From: Chthoniobacterales bacterium
GTDB taxonomy: Bacteria > Verrucomicrobiota > Verrucomicrobiia > Chthoniobacterales > JACTMZ01
DNA length: 64,000 nt
NCBI GenBank assembly: GCA_049315725.1
Contig: JBMOJP010000001.1
Coordinates: 27,690-91,689 of the forward strand
Direction: 5' to 3'
The notes under the pieces are model-generated. The model made no database searches. It was given only the letters and a program-made list of their open reading frames with translations, and was not told the DNA's origin. A program made the position numbers and the translations under genes. Every line of letters starts with the position of its first letter. Within the stretch, counting starts at the first letter, position 1. Of this stretch, positions 18,109-27,585 are shown one piece after another.

Positions 18109-18627
18109 ATGGAACTCCGGAGTATCGACGCGATCGTGCGGGCGCTCAATGACGCCGAGGTTCGCTATCTCGTGGTCGATGGACTCGCGGTTAACGCGCA
18201 CGGATATGCCCGAATGACGCGGGATGTCGACCTGGTCATCCAACTGGAGCAATCGAATATCAAACGCGGATTGCATGCGTTGCTTTCAGTTGGTTACCAG
18301 CTGATGATTCCAGAGGTCCTGGAAGCTTTTGCGGATGCCCATCAGCGCGAAAAATGGCGGGTCGAGAAAGGGATGATCGTCCTCAAGCTCTGGAGCGATC
18401 TGCATCGGCGCACCCCGGTGGATGTCTTCGTTTACGAGCCCTTCCCCTTTGACTTGGAGTATTCCGCCGCGGTGTGGGTGGAGATTTCCCCGGGTCTCCA
18501 GGCCTCGATCGTTTCCCTCCCGACCTTGCTGCAAATGAAGCGTGAGGCTGGGCGACCCCGTGATATTGATGACATCAACGAACTCGCTCCCAATGAAAAA
18601 AGCGGAAAAAGCCACACCGAAGCCTGA
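18109..18627 (+). CDS. nucleotidyltransferase-fold protein, paralogous to 15553..16074
   Basis: VRYLVVDGLAVNAHGYARMTRDVDLVIQ and LLQMKREAGRPRDIDDINEL align by eye with the first copy. ATG 18109 is chosen within ORF 18013..18627. Confidence 0.65.
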   Translation: MELRSIDAIVRALNDAEVRYLVVDGLAVNAHGYARMTRDVDLVIQLEQSNIKRGLHALLSVGYQLMIPEVLEAFADAHQREKWRVEKGMIVLKLWSDLHRRTPVDVFVYEPFPFDLEYSAAVWVEISPGLQASIVSLPTLLQMKREAGRPRDIDDINELAPNEKSGKSHTEA

Positions 18628-18793
18628 CTGGCGCTGGGGCACGCCCGAAGGTAGCAGGGAGTTCGATCGCCTGATCGACCGCTCAATGACCTTTCGTGAG
18701 TGTTTGGAGTGGTTGGAGGAGGCCGAGACGCTCGCTTTGCGTCTGGCGACCGAGCGAAGTCTTCGGGTGAGCGAGGCCGCTGAGAAATTCTAG
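18593..18793 (+). CDS. small hypothetical protein, candidate partner of the upstream nucleotidyltransferase
   Basis: 66 codons from ATG 18593 (MKKAEKATPKPDWRWGTPEG...MTFRECLEWLEEAETLALRL...). It overlaps the 3' end of the NTase gene by 35 nt. Confidence 0.4.
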   Translation: MKKAEKATPKPDWRWGTPEGSREFDRLIDRSMTFRECLEWLEEAETLALRLATERSLRVSEAAEKF

Positions 18794-18887
18794 GGGCTGA
18801 TCCCGGCCCGATGTTTTCTTTTCAGGTTGTTTCCAGGTTGTGTGCATCCGGGTAGGCTGTGATAGCTTGCGTTGACTGAACACCACC

Positions 18888-20432
18888 ATGTCCGACCGAG
18901 TCATCATCTTCGACACCACCCTGCGCGACGGCGAGCAATGCCCTGGCGCGTCCATGAATCTGCGCGAGAAGCTGGAGGTGGCCCGTCAGCTCGCTCGACT
19001 CAACGTCGATGTGATCGAAGCAGGTTTTCCGGTCATCAGCGACGGGGACTTCGAGGCGGTGCAGCGCATCGCCACCGAAATACGCGGCCCGATCATCGCC
19101 GGCCTCTGCCGTTGTGTGCCCAAGGACATCGAGGCGGCGGCGGCGGCGGTCAAACCGGCCGGTGAGCGCGGACGCATCCATGTGTTCCTCGCCACCTCCA
19201 AAATCCATCGCGAGCACAAGCTGAAGAAAGCGCACGAGGAAATTCTGCGGCTGGCTTCGGATGGTGTGAGGCTGGCGAAATCGCACAACCACGATGTGGA
19301 GTTTTCGCCCGAGGACGCCTCGCGCACCGAGCCGGAATTTCTCGCCCAGGTGGTCGAAGCGGCCATCGCGGCCGGGGCGACGACGGTCAACATTCCCGAC
19401 ACCGTAGGCTATGCCGTGCCGGACCAATACGGGGCGCTGATCAAGTATCTCAAGGACAACGTCCGCAACATCGGCGACGCCATCATCAGCGTGCATTGCC
19501 ATAACGATCTCGGGCTGGCCGTGGCCAACTCTCTCGCCGCGGTGCAAAATGGCGCACGGCAGATCGAGGGGACGATCAACGGCATCGGCGAGCGGGCTGG
19601 CAACGCCGCCCTCGAGGAGGTCATTATGGCGATGAAAACCCGCCCCGATGTTTTCGGCCACCTGGTCACCGGCGTGAACACGAAGGAGATCCTTAAAACC
19701 TCGCGCATCGTTAGCCGCATGAGCGGGCTTCACGTCCAGCGGAGCAAGGCCATCGTGGGCGAGAATGCCTTTGCCCACAGCTCGGGCATTCACCAGGACG
19801 GCATTTTGAAAAAGCGCGAGACCTACGAAATCATGGACCCGGTCGAGGTGGGCTGGGGCGGCACGGAGCTGCCCTTGACCAAACACAGCGGCCGCCACGC
19901 CATGGCCGCGCGCCTCGAGCACCTCGGCTTCAATTTGAGCGAGGCCGAACTGGCGGCCGTCTTCACGCGTTTCAAGGACATCGGGGACAAGAAAAAGTTT
20001 GTCTACGACGACGATCTTTCCGCCCTCGTGGACGATTCGATGATGCCGGAGGCGGAGGGCTGGCAATTGCAGACCCTCGAGGTCGGGGTGGCCACGGGCC
20101 AAAAACCGCACGCCCGCGTTCTGCTCGCTCGTGAGGGCGGGACCCGCGAGGGGAACGCTGATGGCAATGGCGCGGTCGATGCCAGCATGCGAGCAATCGA
20201 TGCCGTCGTCGGGCGGTCGGGCAACCTCTTGGAATACAATGTGCAGGCGGTCACGCAGGGTCATGACGCGCTGGGCGAAGTCACGCTCAAGGTGGATTTC
20301 GGCGACGGCCGTCTCATCACCGGCAAGGGCGCCAGCACCGACGTGGTCGAGGCCAGTGCCCGCGCCTACCTCAACGCGATCAACCGCACCTTCATCCGCC
20401 GCGAACTCGGCGGTCAGGCTGCGGGCATTTGA
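18888..20432 (+). CDS. leuA: 2-isopropylmalate synthase
   Basis: [32 protein letters not shown] and a C-terminal LeuA dimerisation/regulatory domain; 514 aa. Confidence 0.94.
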   Translation: MSDRVIIFDTTLRDGEQCPGASMNLREKLEVARQLARLNVDVIEAGFPVISDGDFEAVQRIATEIRGPIIAGLCRCVPKDIEAAAAAVKPAGERGRIHVFLATSKIHREHKLKKAHEEILRLASDGVRLAKSHNHDVEFSPEDASRTEPEFLAQVVEAAIAAGATTVNIPDTVGYAVPDQYGALIKYLKDNVRNIGDAIISVHCHNDLGLAVANSLAAVQNGARQIEGTINGIGERAGNAALEEVIMAMKTRPDVFGHLVTGVNTKEILKTSRIVSRMSGLHVQRSKAIVGENAFAHSSGIHQDGILKKRETYEIMDPVEVGWGGTELPLTKHSGRHAMAARLEHLGFNLSEAELAAVFTRFKDIGDKKKFVYDDDLSALVDDSMMPEAEGWQLQTLEVGVATGQKPHARVLLAREGGTREGNADGNGAVDASMRAIDAVVGRSGNLLEYNVQAVTQGHDALGEVTLKVDFGDGRLITGKGASTDVVEASARAYLNAINRTFIRRELGGQAAGI

Positions 20433-20507
20433 TTTGCCAGGTTGGCGCGGAGGTCTGTGACCGCCGGTGCCGGACAAATCCAAGGCTCCGACAGTCATAG
20501 ACTGCCG

Positions 20508-21491
20508 CTACATCCTCCGGGACAAGGTCAGCGCGCGGAAGGCTGCGCCCGCATCGCGCAGTTCAGCCCCGCCGACGAACTCGCCCAGACTTTTGCTTGG
20601 GCCTACGCTCCATCCGAGTTCACTCGCCCATTGCGCCAAGTCCTCGAAGTTCACGTCGGCGGTGATGTCCTGGCGCCCGGGCATGTCGCAGACGGCCTCG
20701 CCCGTCAGCCTTTGTTGTCCGCGATAAGCCCGCAGGGTTCCGCCCGGGCGGCGGTGGAAGATCTCGGCCGTCGTTCCGCCGTAGTCGAGGGCCAGCATGG
20801 CGCCCGCGTGCCACGAAGCGGAAAGCTCGCGCATCCAATCACGCGCGGAGGCGAAGACCTCAACACGTTGTTCCTCGGGCCAGTCACGACGGAAGACACC
20901 GGAGTCGGGTCGCGGCCGCTGCGGCGAAAGGAAAGCCTCCGTCAACCTGCCACCGGCAACTTTCAGATGAAGCTCCGTCCAGGCACCGGCCTGCCGGCGG
21001 AAAACCCGGCAGGGAAAGGCGTCGAAAAACTCGTTGTGGTAGATGAGCGCTCGGCCGTCGCATGCTGCGAGGGCCTCAGCGATCGTCTCGTGCCACACGG
21101 CTTTGCGTCCAAGCCTCCGAGCCTGCTGCGTGCGCAAGGGATTCGATGTTTCGACCAGATGCAGTGAGAGACGACGTCTTTCGAGCCAGCCGAAACTTTT
21201 CATCACGCCCTCGGCCAGTGATCCATCTCCCGGCCCGCATTCAATGACCGCATAAGATTTCCAGCCGCGCGCTGCCGCCTCGGCGCGGAGCCATCCGGTC
21301 ACGGCGTGGCCTAGCGCCGGTGTGACCTGTGGCACGGTGGTGAAATCACCGCGGGTGCCGATCCCGCGGATGTTGCGCGCATAGTAGCCATCCCCGGCAT
21401 GGTGCAGCGCGATCCCCATGAACACGTCGAAGGGCATGGCGCCTCCGCTTTCATCGAGGACTGATTGCAAGGCTTGGCGGACGGTGGACAT
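20508..21491 (-). CDS. SAM-dependent methyltransferase, MidA/NDUFAF7 (DUF185) family
   Basis: MPFDVFMGIALHHAGDGYY..GDFTTVPQV...IECGPGDGSL pattern. Confidence 0.75.
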   Translation of the reverse strand: MSTVRQALQSVLDESGGAMPFDVFMGIALHHAGDGYYARNIRGIGTRGDFTTVPQVTPALGHAVTGWLRAEAAARGWKSYAVIECGPGDGSLAEGVMKSFGWLERRRLSLHLVETSNPLRTQQARRLGRKAVWHETIAEALAACDGRALIYHNEFFDAFPCRVFRRQAGAWTELHLKVAGGRLTEAFLSPQRPRPDSGVFRRDWPEEQRVEVFASARDWMRELSASWHAGAMLALDYGGTTAEIFHRRPGGTLRAYRGQQRLTGEAVCDMPGRQDITADVNFEDLAQWASELGWSVGPSKSLGEFVGGAELRDAGAAFRALTLSRRM

Positions 21492-21509
21492 CGCGGGCAG
21501 AGTGGCGGG

Positions 21510-24035
21510 GTGAATCCGCGGGAGCTGCCAATTTACGAGATCAGCGAGCGCATCGTCGAGGCAGCGAAAGTCGGGGGACGTTTGATTTTGCGCGCGCCCA
21601 CCGGCTCGGGGAAATCAACACAGGTTCCGCAGATGCTCCTCGACGAGGTTCTGCCGGGGAACGGCCAGATCGTTGTGCTCCAGCCGCGACGCATGGCCGC
21701 GCGCATGCTGGCGGCGCGGGTGGCGGCGGAACGCGGGGAGCCGCTGGGCGGCACGGTTGGCTACCAAGTGCGCATGGAGGGGAAGAGTTCCGCGCAGACG
21801 AGGATTCTTTACGTCACCGAGGGAATTCTCCTGCGCCGGCTGATCGGCGATCCCGAATTGCGCGGCGTCTCCGCCATCGTGTTCGACGAGTTCCACGAAC
21901 GACACCTTTACGGCGACATCACCTTGGCGCGGACTCTCGATCTCCAACTTTCTGTCCGACCGGACCTAAAGGTTGTGGTCATGTCCGCGACCCTGGAGCT
22001 GGGCGACCTTGAGTCGTATCTCGCGCCTTGCTCCGTGCTTGAGTCGGCCGGCCGGACCTTTCCCGTGGCCATCGAGTATCTCGAACGCTCGCCGGGAGAA
22101 CGTCCGCCGTGGGAGCTCGCGGCCGAGGCTCTGGCGGCCCACGTGCCGGCGTCCGGCCACGCGCTCGTCTTCATGCCGGGAGCCTACGAGATTCAGCGCA
22201 CGATCAGCGAAATCCGCGCGACTTCCGGCCTGCGCGATTTCGCGGTCTTTGCCCTGCACGGGGAAATGCCGCCCCGCGAGCAGGACGAGGCGGTCGCGCC
22301 CGGCGCCGGACGCAAGATCATCGTCTCGACCAATGTGGCCGAGACTTCGCTGACCATCGAGGGGGTCACGCTCGTGGTGGACAGCGGCCTCGCCCGCCTG
22401 GCCCGCTACGACGCACGGCGCGGAATCAACACGTTGCTGATGGAGAAAATCAGCCGCTCTTCCGCCGACCAGCGGGCCGGACGCGCGGGTCGCACGGCGC
22501 CGGGGCGCTGCGTGCGGTTGTGGATGCAGAAGGACCATGAGCAACGGCCCGAAGCGGAATTGCCCGAGGTCAAACGTCTCGACCTCGCCGAGGTGGTGCT
22601 GTCCCTCAAGGCTGCCGGGGTGGGGGATTTGGAGAAGTTCCGCTGGCTCGAGCCGCCCGAGCCGCGCGCACTGAGCCGGGCCGGAGAGTTGCTGCACGAT
22701 CTTGGTGCGCTCGACCCAGCCGGGAGCATCACGGGGCTTGGTCGGCAGATGCTCGCGTTTCCGGTGCATCCGCGTTATGCGCGCCTGCTCCTCGAGGCGG
22801 AGAAACTTGGTGGGGTCAAGGCGGCTTGCTTGCTCGCCGCGCTGACCCAGGGGCGCGGTCTGCTGCGCAAGAGCACCTCGCGCGAGATGGACCGCCTGCG
22901 CGACGACCTTCTGCGCGATGGAGCCCGGTCGGACGTGACGGTGCAGCTGCGGGCCTTCTCCGTCGCGCGGAAGTCCGACTTCGATCCCGCCCGCTGCCGC
23001 TCGCTCGGGATTCATGCGCAGTCGGCCCGGCAGGCCGCGCAGCTGGCCGGAAAGTTCGAAGATATCGCCCACGCCGAGGGGCTCAACGTGGCGGACAGTC
23101 CGCCGCCCGAGGATGCCATGGAGAGATGCATGTTGGCGGCGTTTCCCGACCATCTGGCCAGGCGTCTCGATCGTGGCACCCTTCGCTGCGAGTTGGTTCA
23201 CGCGCGTCGCGGCACGCTGGCGCGGGAAAGCGTGGTGACCGACGAACTCTTCGTGGCCGGTGAGATCACCGAGATTGGCGGGCGCGAGGGCGAAGTGCAG
23301 ACGCTGCTGACGCTGGCCTCGCCCGTGCGCGAGGAGTGGCTGCGCGAAATGTTTCCGGCCGCATGGAGGGAAGAGACCGCAACTTTGTTTGATCCGGTGA
23401 CCCGCGGCGTGACCGCGCGGCGCGCCGTGAGGTTTCACGACCTCGTGCTGCGTGCCGGGCCGGGGGGTGAGCCTGATCCCGCCGCGGCGGCGGCGATTTT
23501 CGCCGCCCGGGTGGCCTCGGGGGACCTGACCCTTCCGCAGTGGAACGAGTCGGTCGCCCACTGGATCGCCCGGGTGAACTGTCTCGCGGCCTGGTGCCCC
23601 GAGTGGGAGCTTCCGGCTTTGGGCGCCGCGGATCGCGTTTTTCTTCTCGAACAACTCGCCCACGGCGTGACGAACTATCGCGCCTTGAAGGACCGCGATC
23701 CCTGGCCGGTGCTGCGGGCCTGGTTGTCCGCAGCGCAGGCGGCGATGCTCGACGAGCATGCGCCGGAGAAAATCAAATTGCCCGGCGGCCGCGCCGCGCG
23801 AGTCACTTACGCCGAAGGTCAGGCCCCGGTCTTGGCCGCGCGGGTGCAGGATCTTTACGGGGTGGAAAAGCCGCTGACCGTGGCGGATGGCCGCGTGCGG
23901 GTGCGGGTGGAGGTTCTGGCACCGAACCAAAGACCGATCCAAGTGACGGATGATTTGGGAAGTTTCTGGCGCAACACTTACCCGGAAATCCGTCCTGAAT
24001 ACGCCCGCCGCTATCCCAAGCATGAGTGGCGGTGA
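21510..24035 (+). CDS. hrpB: ATP-dependent RNA helicase HrpB (DEAH-box)
   Basis: APTGSGKST, DEFHER, SATL, TNVAETSLTIEGV and QRAGRAGR motifs plus an HrpB C-terminal domain. The start is set at GTG 21510 to avoid overlap with the divergent gene, and is uncertain. Confidence 0.9.
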   Translation: MNPRELPIYEISERIVEAAKVGGRLILRAPTGSGKSTQVPQMLLDEVLPGNGQIVVLQPRRMAARMLAARVAAERGEPLGGTVGYQVRMEGKSSAQTRILYVTEGILLRRLIGDPELRGVSAIVFDEFHERHLYGDITLARTLDLQLSVRPDLKVVVMSATLELGDLESYLAPCSVLESAGRTFPVAIEYLERSPGERPPWELAAEALAAHVPASGHALVFMPGAYEIQRTISEIRATSGLRDFAVFALHGEMPPREQDEAVAPGAGRKIIVSTNVAETSLTIEGVTLVVDSGLARLARYDARRGINTLLMEKISRSSADQRAGRAGRTAPGRCVRLWMQKDHEQRPEAELPEVKRLDLAEVVLSLKAAGVGDLEKFRWLEPPEPRALSRAGELLHDLGALDPAGSITGLGRQMLAFPVHPRYARLLLEAEKLGGVKAACLLAALTQGRGLLRKSTSREMDRLRDDLLRDGARSDVTVQLRAFSVARKSDFDPARCRSLGIHAQSARQAAQLAGKFEDIAHAEGLNVADSPPPEDAMERCMLAAFPDHLARRLDRGTLRCELVHARRGTLARESVVTDELFVAGEITEIGGREGEVQTLLTLASPVREEWLREMFPAAWREETATLFDPVTRGVTARRAVRFHDLVLRAGPGGEPDPAAAAAIFAARVASGDLTLPQWNESVAHWIARVNCLAAWCPEWELPALGAADRVFLLEQLAHGVTNYRALKDRDPWPVLRAWLSAAQAAMLDEHAPEKIKLPGGRAARVTYAEGQAPVLAARVQDLYGVEKPLTVADGRVRVRVEVLAPNQRPIQVTDDLGSFWRNTYPEIRPEYARRYPKHEWR

Positions 24036-24080
24036 AAATCGCTTGCGCCCCGCGTCCCGGCGGCGGAGTTTCAGGGCTTC

Positions 24081-24314
24081 ATGGCCACCTACGTTTACGA
24101 AACGATCCCGGCGAGTCAGGGCCAGCCGACCCGGACGTTTGAAATCCGACAAAGCATGAAGGAGGCCGCGCTGACCCATGACCCGGAGACGGGCGAGCCG
24201 GTTCGGCGCGTCATCACTGGTGGCCTTGGCCTCATGACTTCCTCCAAAGGCGCGCCGGGTCCGGTCGTTTCATCCGGCGGCCACTGCTGCGGCGGGGGCT
24301 GCGGTTGCGGCTGA
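24081..24314 (+). CDS. FmdB-like small protein lacking the CxxC zinc-ribbon ligands, with a Cys/Gly C-terminal tail
   Basis: MATYVYETIP..TFEIRQSMKEAALTHDPETGEPVRRVITGG parallels the FmdB consensus (YEYxCxxCG..F....S....L..CPxCG..v.R.i), but all four Cys are replaced. It ends GGHCCGGGCGCG. Confidence 0.6.
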   Translation: MATYVYETIPASQGQPTRTFEIRQSMKEAALTHDPETGEPVRRVITGGLGLMTSSKGAPGPVVSSGGHCCGGGCGCG

Positions 24315-24348
24315 AGCCGTTCTCGACGCGGGACCCGCGGCGCGTTAT

Positions 24349-25509
24349 ATGGCGCGGATGATGTTTCGCTTGATGGCTTTGATGGTGGCGTTGGCTGGGG
24401 CGATGGCCCCGGTGTTGGCGCAGGACACGCCCACGATCACCGTGCGCAAGGGCGACCGGGTTTCGCTGGCCCTCGCGCCGCTCGGCGGCGGCTCGGGCCC
24501 TGCGGTGACGAAGGTTCTGCAACACGACCTCGATCTCGCCGGTTGGTTCCAACTCGTGCCTGCGGCTCAAGCATCCTACACGGTTGGCGGCACGGCTGGC
24601 GGCGGTTCGCTGCAGGGCAAGGTGACCGATGGCGCTGGCTCGGTTGTTCTCTCCAAGACCTACACCGGTGATGACCGTTCGATGGCCCATGAGTTTGCCG
24701 ATGACATCGTCGAAACCCTCACGGGCAACAAGGGCATCGCCACGACCAAGATCGCCTTCGTCGGCACGGGCAGCGGGGCCAAGGAAATTTACCTCGCCGA
24801 CTACGATGGCGACAATTCACGCCGCCTGACCAGCGATCGCAGCATCAGTGTGGCGCCTTCCCTCGGGCCCGGCGCCCGCAACTTGGCCTACACCGGCTAC
24901 CAGGGCGGATACCCTGACGTTTACGTCATCGACGTAGCCACGGGCGCGCGCAACTGCGTGATCAACGCCCCAGGCACCAACTCCGGCGCAGCCATCTCGC
25001 CCGACGGCGGGCGCATGGCCCTGACCATGAGCAAGGACGGCAACCCGGAAATTTACGTGACCGGCCTGCGCGGCGGCGGGGCCAAGCGACTGACCCGCAC
25101 CAGCGGGGTTGAGTCTTCGCCGACCTGGTCGCCCGACGGCGGCGAGCTGATTTATTCCTCGGACGAAGGCGGCAGCCCGCAGCTTTATCGCATCAGCGCC
25201 GGCGGTGGCTCACCCCGTCAGATCCCGACGGGCCAGGGCTACTGCACCGATCCCTCCTGGTCGCCGGATGGGAAAAAAGTGGCTTTCACCGTGCGCACGG
25301 GGGGAGGGTTCTCCGTGGCGGTCATGGATGTGGCCGGCGGCGAAGCGCGCATCGTGGCCTCCGGACAAAACCCCGTGTGGGGTCGCGGCGGTCGGCACCT
25401 CATTTTCAGCAGCGGCCCCAGCCTCATTCTCCTTGACGTTCCTAGCGGGCGAACCACAACTATTGTCAGTGGTCTGGGCAAGGTCAGCGAACCAACATGG
25501 TCCTTCTAA
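24349..25509 (+). CDS. tolB: Tol-Pal system beta-propeller protein TolB
   Basis: Signal peptide, then repeated ...SPDG..(L/I)A(F/Y).. propeller blades (AISPDGGRMALT, TWSPDGGELIYS, SWSPDGKKVAFT). Confidence 0.85.
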   Translation: MARMMFRLMALMVALAGAMAPVLAQDTPTITVRKGDRVSLALAPLGGGSGPAVTKVLQHDLDLAGWFQLVPAAQASYTVGGTAGGGSLQGKVTDGAGSVVLSKTYTGDDRSMAHEFADDIVETLTGNKGIATTKIAFVGTGSGAKEIYLADYDGDNSRRLTSDRSISVAPSLGPGARNLAYTGYQGGYPDVYVIDVATGARNCVINAPGTNSGAAISPDGGRMALTMSKDGNPEIYVTGLRGGGAKRLTRTSGVESSPTWSPDGGELIYSSDEGGSPQLYRISAGGGSPRQIPTGQGYCTDPSWSPDGKKVAFTVRTGGGFSVAVMDVAGGEARIVASGQNPVWGRGGRHLIFSSGPSLILLDVPSGRTTTIVSGLGKVSEPTWSF

Positions 25510-25531
25510 CCCCGCACCCGTAGCGCGTCCC

Positions 25532-26038
25532 ATGAGACTTTCTTTTTTTCTTCAGCTTTTCGCCGCACTCGCCCTGGCCCTCGGCACGGTGTCCTGCAAA
25601 ACAAACCCCAAGGACCAATACGCGGGCGTCGATGGCGATTTCGTCAGCGGCGTTCCCCTGCCCAGTCGGCAGGATGGCGCGGCCTTCATGGGCGGCAATG
25701 TCTCCAAGGGCCAGTTCCCGCCCGTGCAGTTCGGCTACGACAGCTTTGCCGTCGGTTCCTCCGAGATGGGCAAAGTTGAGGCGGTAGCCGAAGCGCTGAA
25801 GGGCTCCCGCAATGACATGATTATCGCCGGCTTCACCGATGAGCGTGGCACGGAGGAATTCAACCGCGGTTTAGGCGAGCGTCGTGCTTTGGCCGTCCGC
25901 GAGGCGCTCATCGCCAAAGGAATCAGCGGCGGCCGGATTCAAACCGTCAGTTTCGGCGAGGAAATGCCGGTCGATTCCGGCGGCGGTGAAGCGGCTTGGG
26001 CAGCCAATCGCCGCGCCGAGTTCGGCGTGATCCGCTGA
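25532..26038 (+). CDS. pal: peptidoglycan-associated lipoprotein (OmpA-family, Pal)
   Basis: MRLSFFLQLFAALALALGTVSC lipobox. OmpA-like domain FGYDSF..., TDERGTEEFNRGLGERRA, NRRAEFGV. Confidence 0.88.
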   Translation: MRLSFFLQLFAALALALGTVSCKTNPKDQYAGVDGDFVSGVPLPSRQDGAAFMGGNVSKGQFPPVQFGYDSFAVGSSEMGKVEAVAEALKGSRNDMIIAGFTDERGTEEFNRGLGERRALAVREALIAKGISGGRIQTVSFGEEMPVDSGGGEAAWAANRRAEFGVIR

Positions 26039-26047
26039 TTTTTTCCC

Positions 26048-27238
26048 GTGGCGGTTCCCCTGCTGGATTTGCGCCTGCAATACGGGCAGGTGAAAGACGA
26101 CGTGCGCCGTCGCCTTGATGCCCTGCTCGAGAACCAGCATTTCATCCTCGGCCCGCCGGTGGATGAACTTGAAGCCGCGGTGCGCGATTACACCGGCTGC
26201 GGCCACGCCATCGGCACCTCGTCCGGCACCGACGCCCTCCTCGCCATTCTCATGGCCATGGGCATTGGCCGCGGGGACGCCGTCATCACCACGCCCTACA
26301 CGTTTTTCGCCACCGCCGGCTGCATCCACCGGGTCGGGGCCGAGCCCGTCTTTGTCGACATCGATGCGGCGACCTACAACCTTGATCCCGCGCAGCTCGA
26401 AGTCTGCCTGCGCAAGAAGTGCCGCAGCGGCCCGGATGGCCGGCTGCTCACCACGGCGGGCAATCGCGTGCGCGCCATCATGCCGGTGCACCTTTTCGGC
26501 TGCGTGTGCGACATGGATCGGATCAATGCCCTCGCGCAGGAGTTCGATCTTCCCGTCATTGAGGACGCGGCCCAAGCCATCGGGGCGGACTATCCCTCGG
26601 CCAGCGGTCGGACCTGGCGGGCCGGGGCCATCGGAGAGGCCAGCTACTTTAGTTTTTTCCCCTCGAAAAATCTCGGGGCTTTCGGCGATGCCGGGATGGC
26701 GACCTGCCGTGACGCCGCGCTGGCCGCCGAAATCAAACTCATGCGCAACCACGGCATGGGCACGCAATACCATCATGAGAAAGTCGGCGGTAACTTCCGC
26801 CTCGATGCCATGCAGGCCGTCATTCTCTCGGCCAAGCTGCCGCATCTCGACGCGTGGCACGGCGCACGGCGGCGCAATGCCGCGATCTATCGTGAGGAGT
26901 TCACGCGGTTGGGGTTGCTCGATCGCGTCACCCTCCCGGTCGAGCCTCACGTGGCGTCGGGTCTGGTCAATCACCACATCTACCACCAATACGTCGTGCG
27001 CGTGCCGGACCGGGACCGGGTGCGTCAGGCTCTGACCGCGGCGGGCATCGGCTGCGCGGTTTATTATCCCGTGCCGCTCCACCTGCAGGAATGCTTCGCC
27101 CCGCTCGGACACGGGGAGGGGGATTTTCCGCAGGCCGAAAAAGCGTCCCGTGAATCCCTCGCCCTTCCGATCTATCCCGAGTTGACCGAAGGACAAATCC
27201 GCAAGGTGGCCGAGGGCTTGGCGCGGGTGCTGGGCTGA
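26048..27238 (+). CDS. DegT/DnrJ/EryC1/StrS family sugar aminotransferase
   Basis: LDLRLQYGQVKDDV..., FILGPPVDELE and FFPSKNLGAFGDAG blocks; GTG start. Confidence 0.88.
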   Translation: MAVPLLDLRLQYGQVKDDVRRRLDALLENQHFILGPPVDELEAAVRDYTGCGHAIGTSSGTDALLAILMAMGIGRGDAVITTPYTFFATAGCIHRVGAEPVFVDIDAATYNLDPAQLEVCLRKKCRSGPDGRLLTTAGNRVRAIMPVHLFGCVCDMDRINALAQEFDLPVIEDAAQAIGADYPSASGRTWRAGAIGEASYFSFFPSKNLGAFGDAGMATCRDAALAAEIKLMRNHGMGTQYHHEKVGGNFRLDAMQAVILSAKLPHLDAWHGARRRNAAIYREEFTRLGLLDRVTLPVEPHVASGLVNHHIYHQYVVRVPDRDRVRQALTAAGIGCAVYYPVPLHLQECFAPLGHGEGDFPQAEKASRESLALPIYPELTEGQIRKVAEGLARVLG

Positions 27239-27562
27239 TGCGGCCAGCCGCGCTTCGCAGCCTTTCTTTCTGGCCAGGTTCGACCAAGGGATGCCCCAAG
27301 GATACTTGATCGCGGCCCGGGTTAGCCCGGCGGGAACTTCGAGCAGCGCGCGCTATCCAGCGCTGGAAATGGCCGCTTGAGCCCTCCCGAGGCCGATGTA
27401 TCCTGATCGGAGCGGTGAGCAAAGCACCCGCACTCTTGCGCTCGGCGGCTCTGCGGTCGGCCGAAAAATTACGGTCGGAGATTTTTTCAGAAATTCTCTT
27501 GCGGTGAGTCAGTGTTCGGCTAATCTCTTGCCTCCCGCACACTGACGGGGGTTCGCGAAAAG

Positions 27563-27585
27563 ACCACGATCGCGTGGTTTTTTTG
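27563..27585 (+). terminator. terminator-like hairpin plus U-tract 32 nt upstream of the rpsL ATG (attenuator or sRNA / 3'-UTR terminator)
   Basis: ACCACG-ATCG-CGTGGT followed by TTTTTTT, read directly. A second inverted repeat, GTCAGTGT (27508-27515) / ACACTGAC (27539-27546), lies just upstream. Confidence 0.55.

Noticed and set aside
26967-27542. A 191-aa minus-strand ORF filling the DegT-rpsL intergenic gap.
   Set aside because: - The product is extremely Arg/Pro/Ser-rich.
- It overlaps the 3' end of the DegT gene and shows no motifs.
- The region is better explained as non-coding leader or sRNA space.
27239-27560. The possibility that the 325-nt gap before rpsL encodes a known ncRNA (6S, SRP, RNase P, tmRNA or a riboswitch).
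   Set aside because: - I could not find the conserved SRP (GGAA/AGCA), tmRNA tag, RNase P P4 or riboswitch core motifs by eye.
- This remains open pending an Infernal scan.
- Only the terminator-like hairpin is reported.
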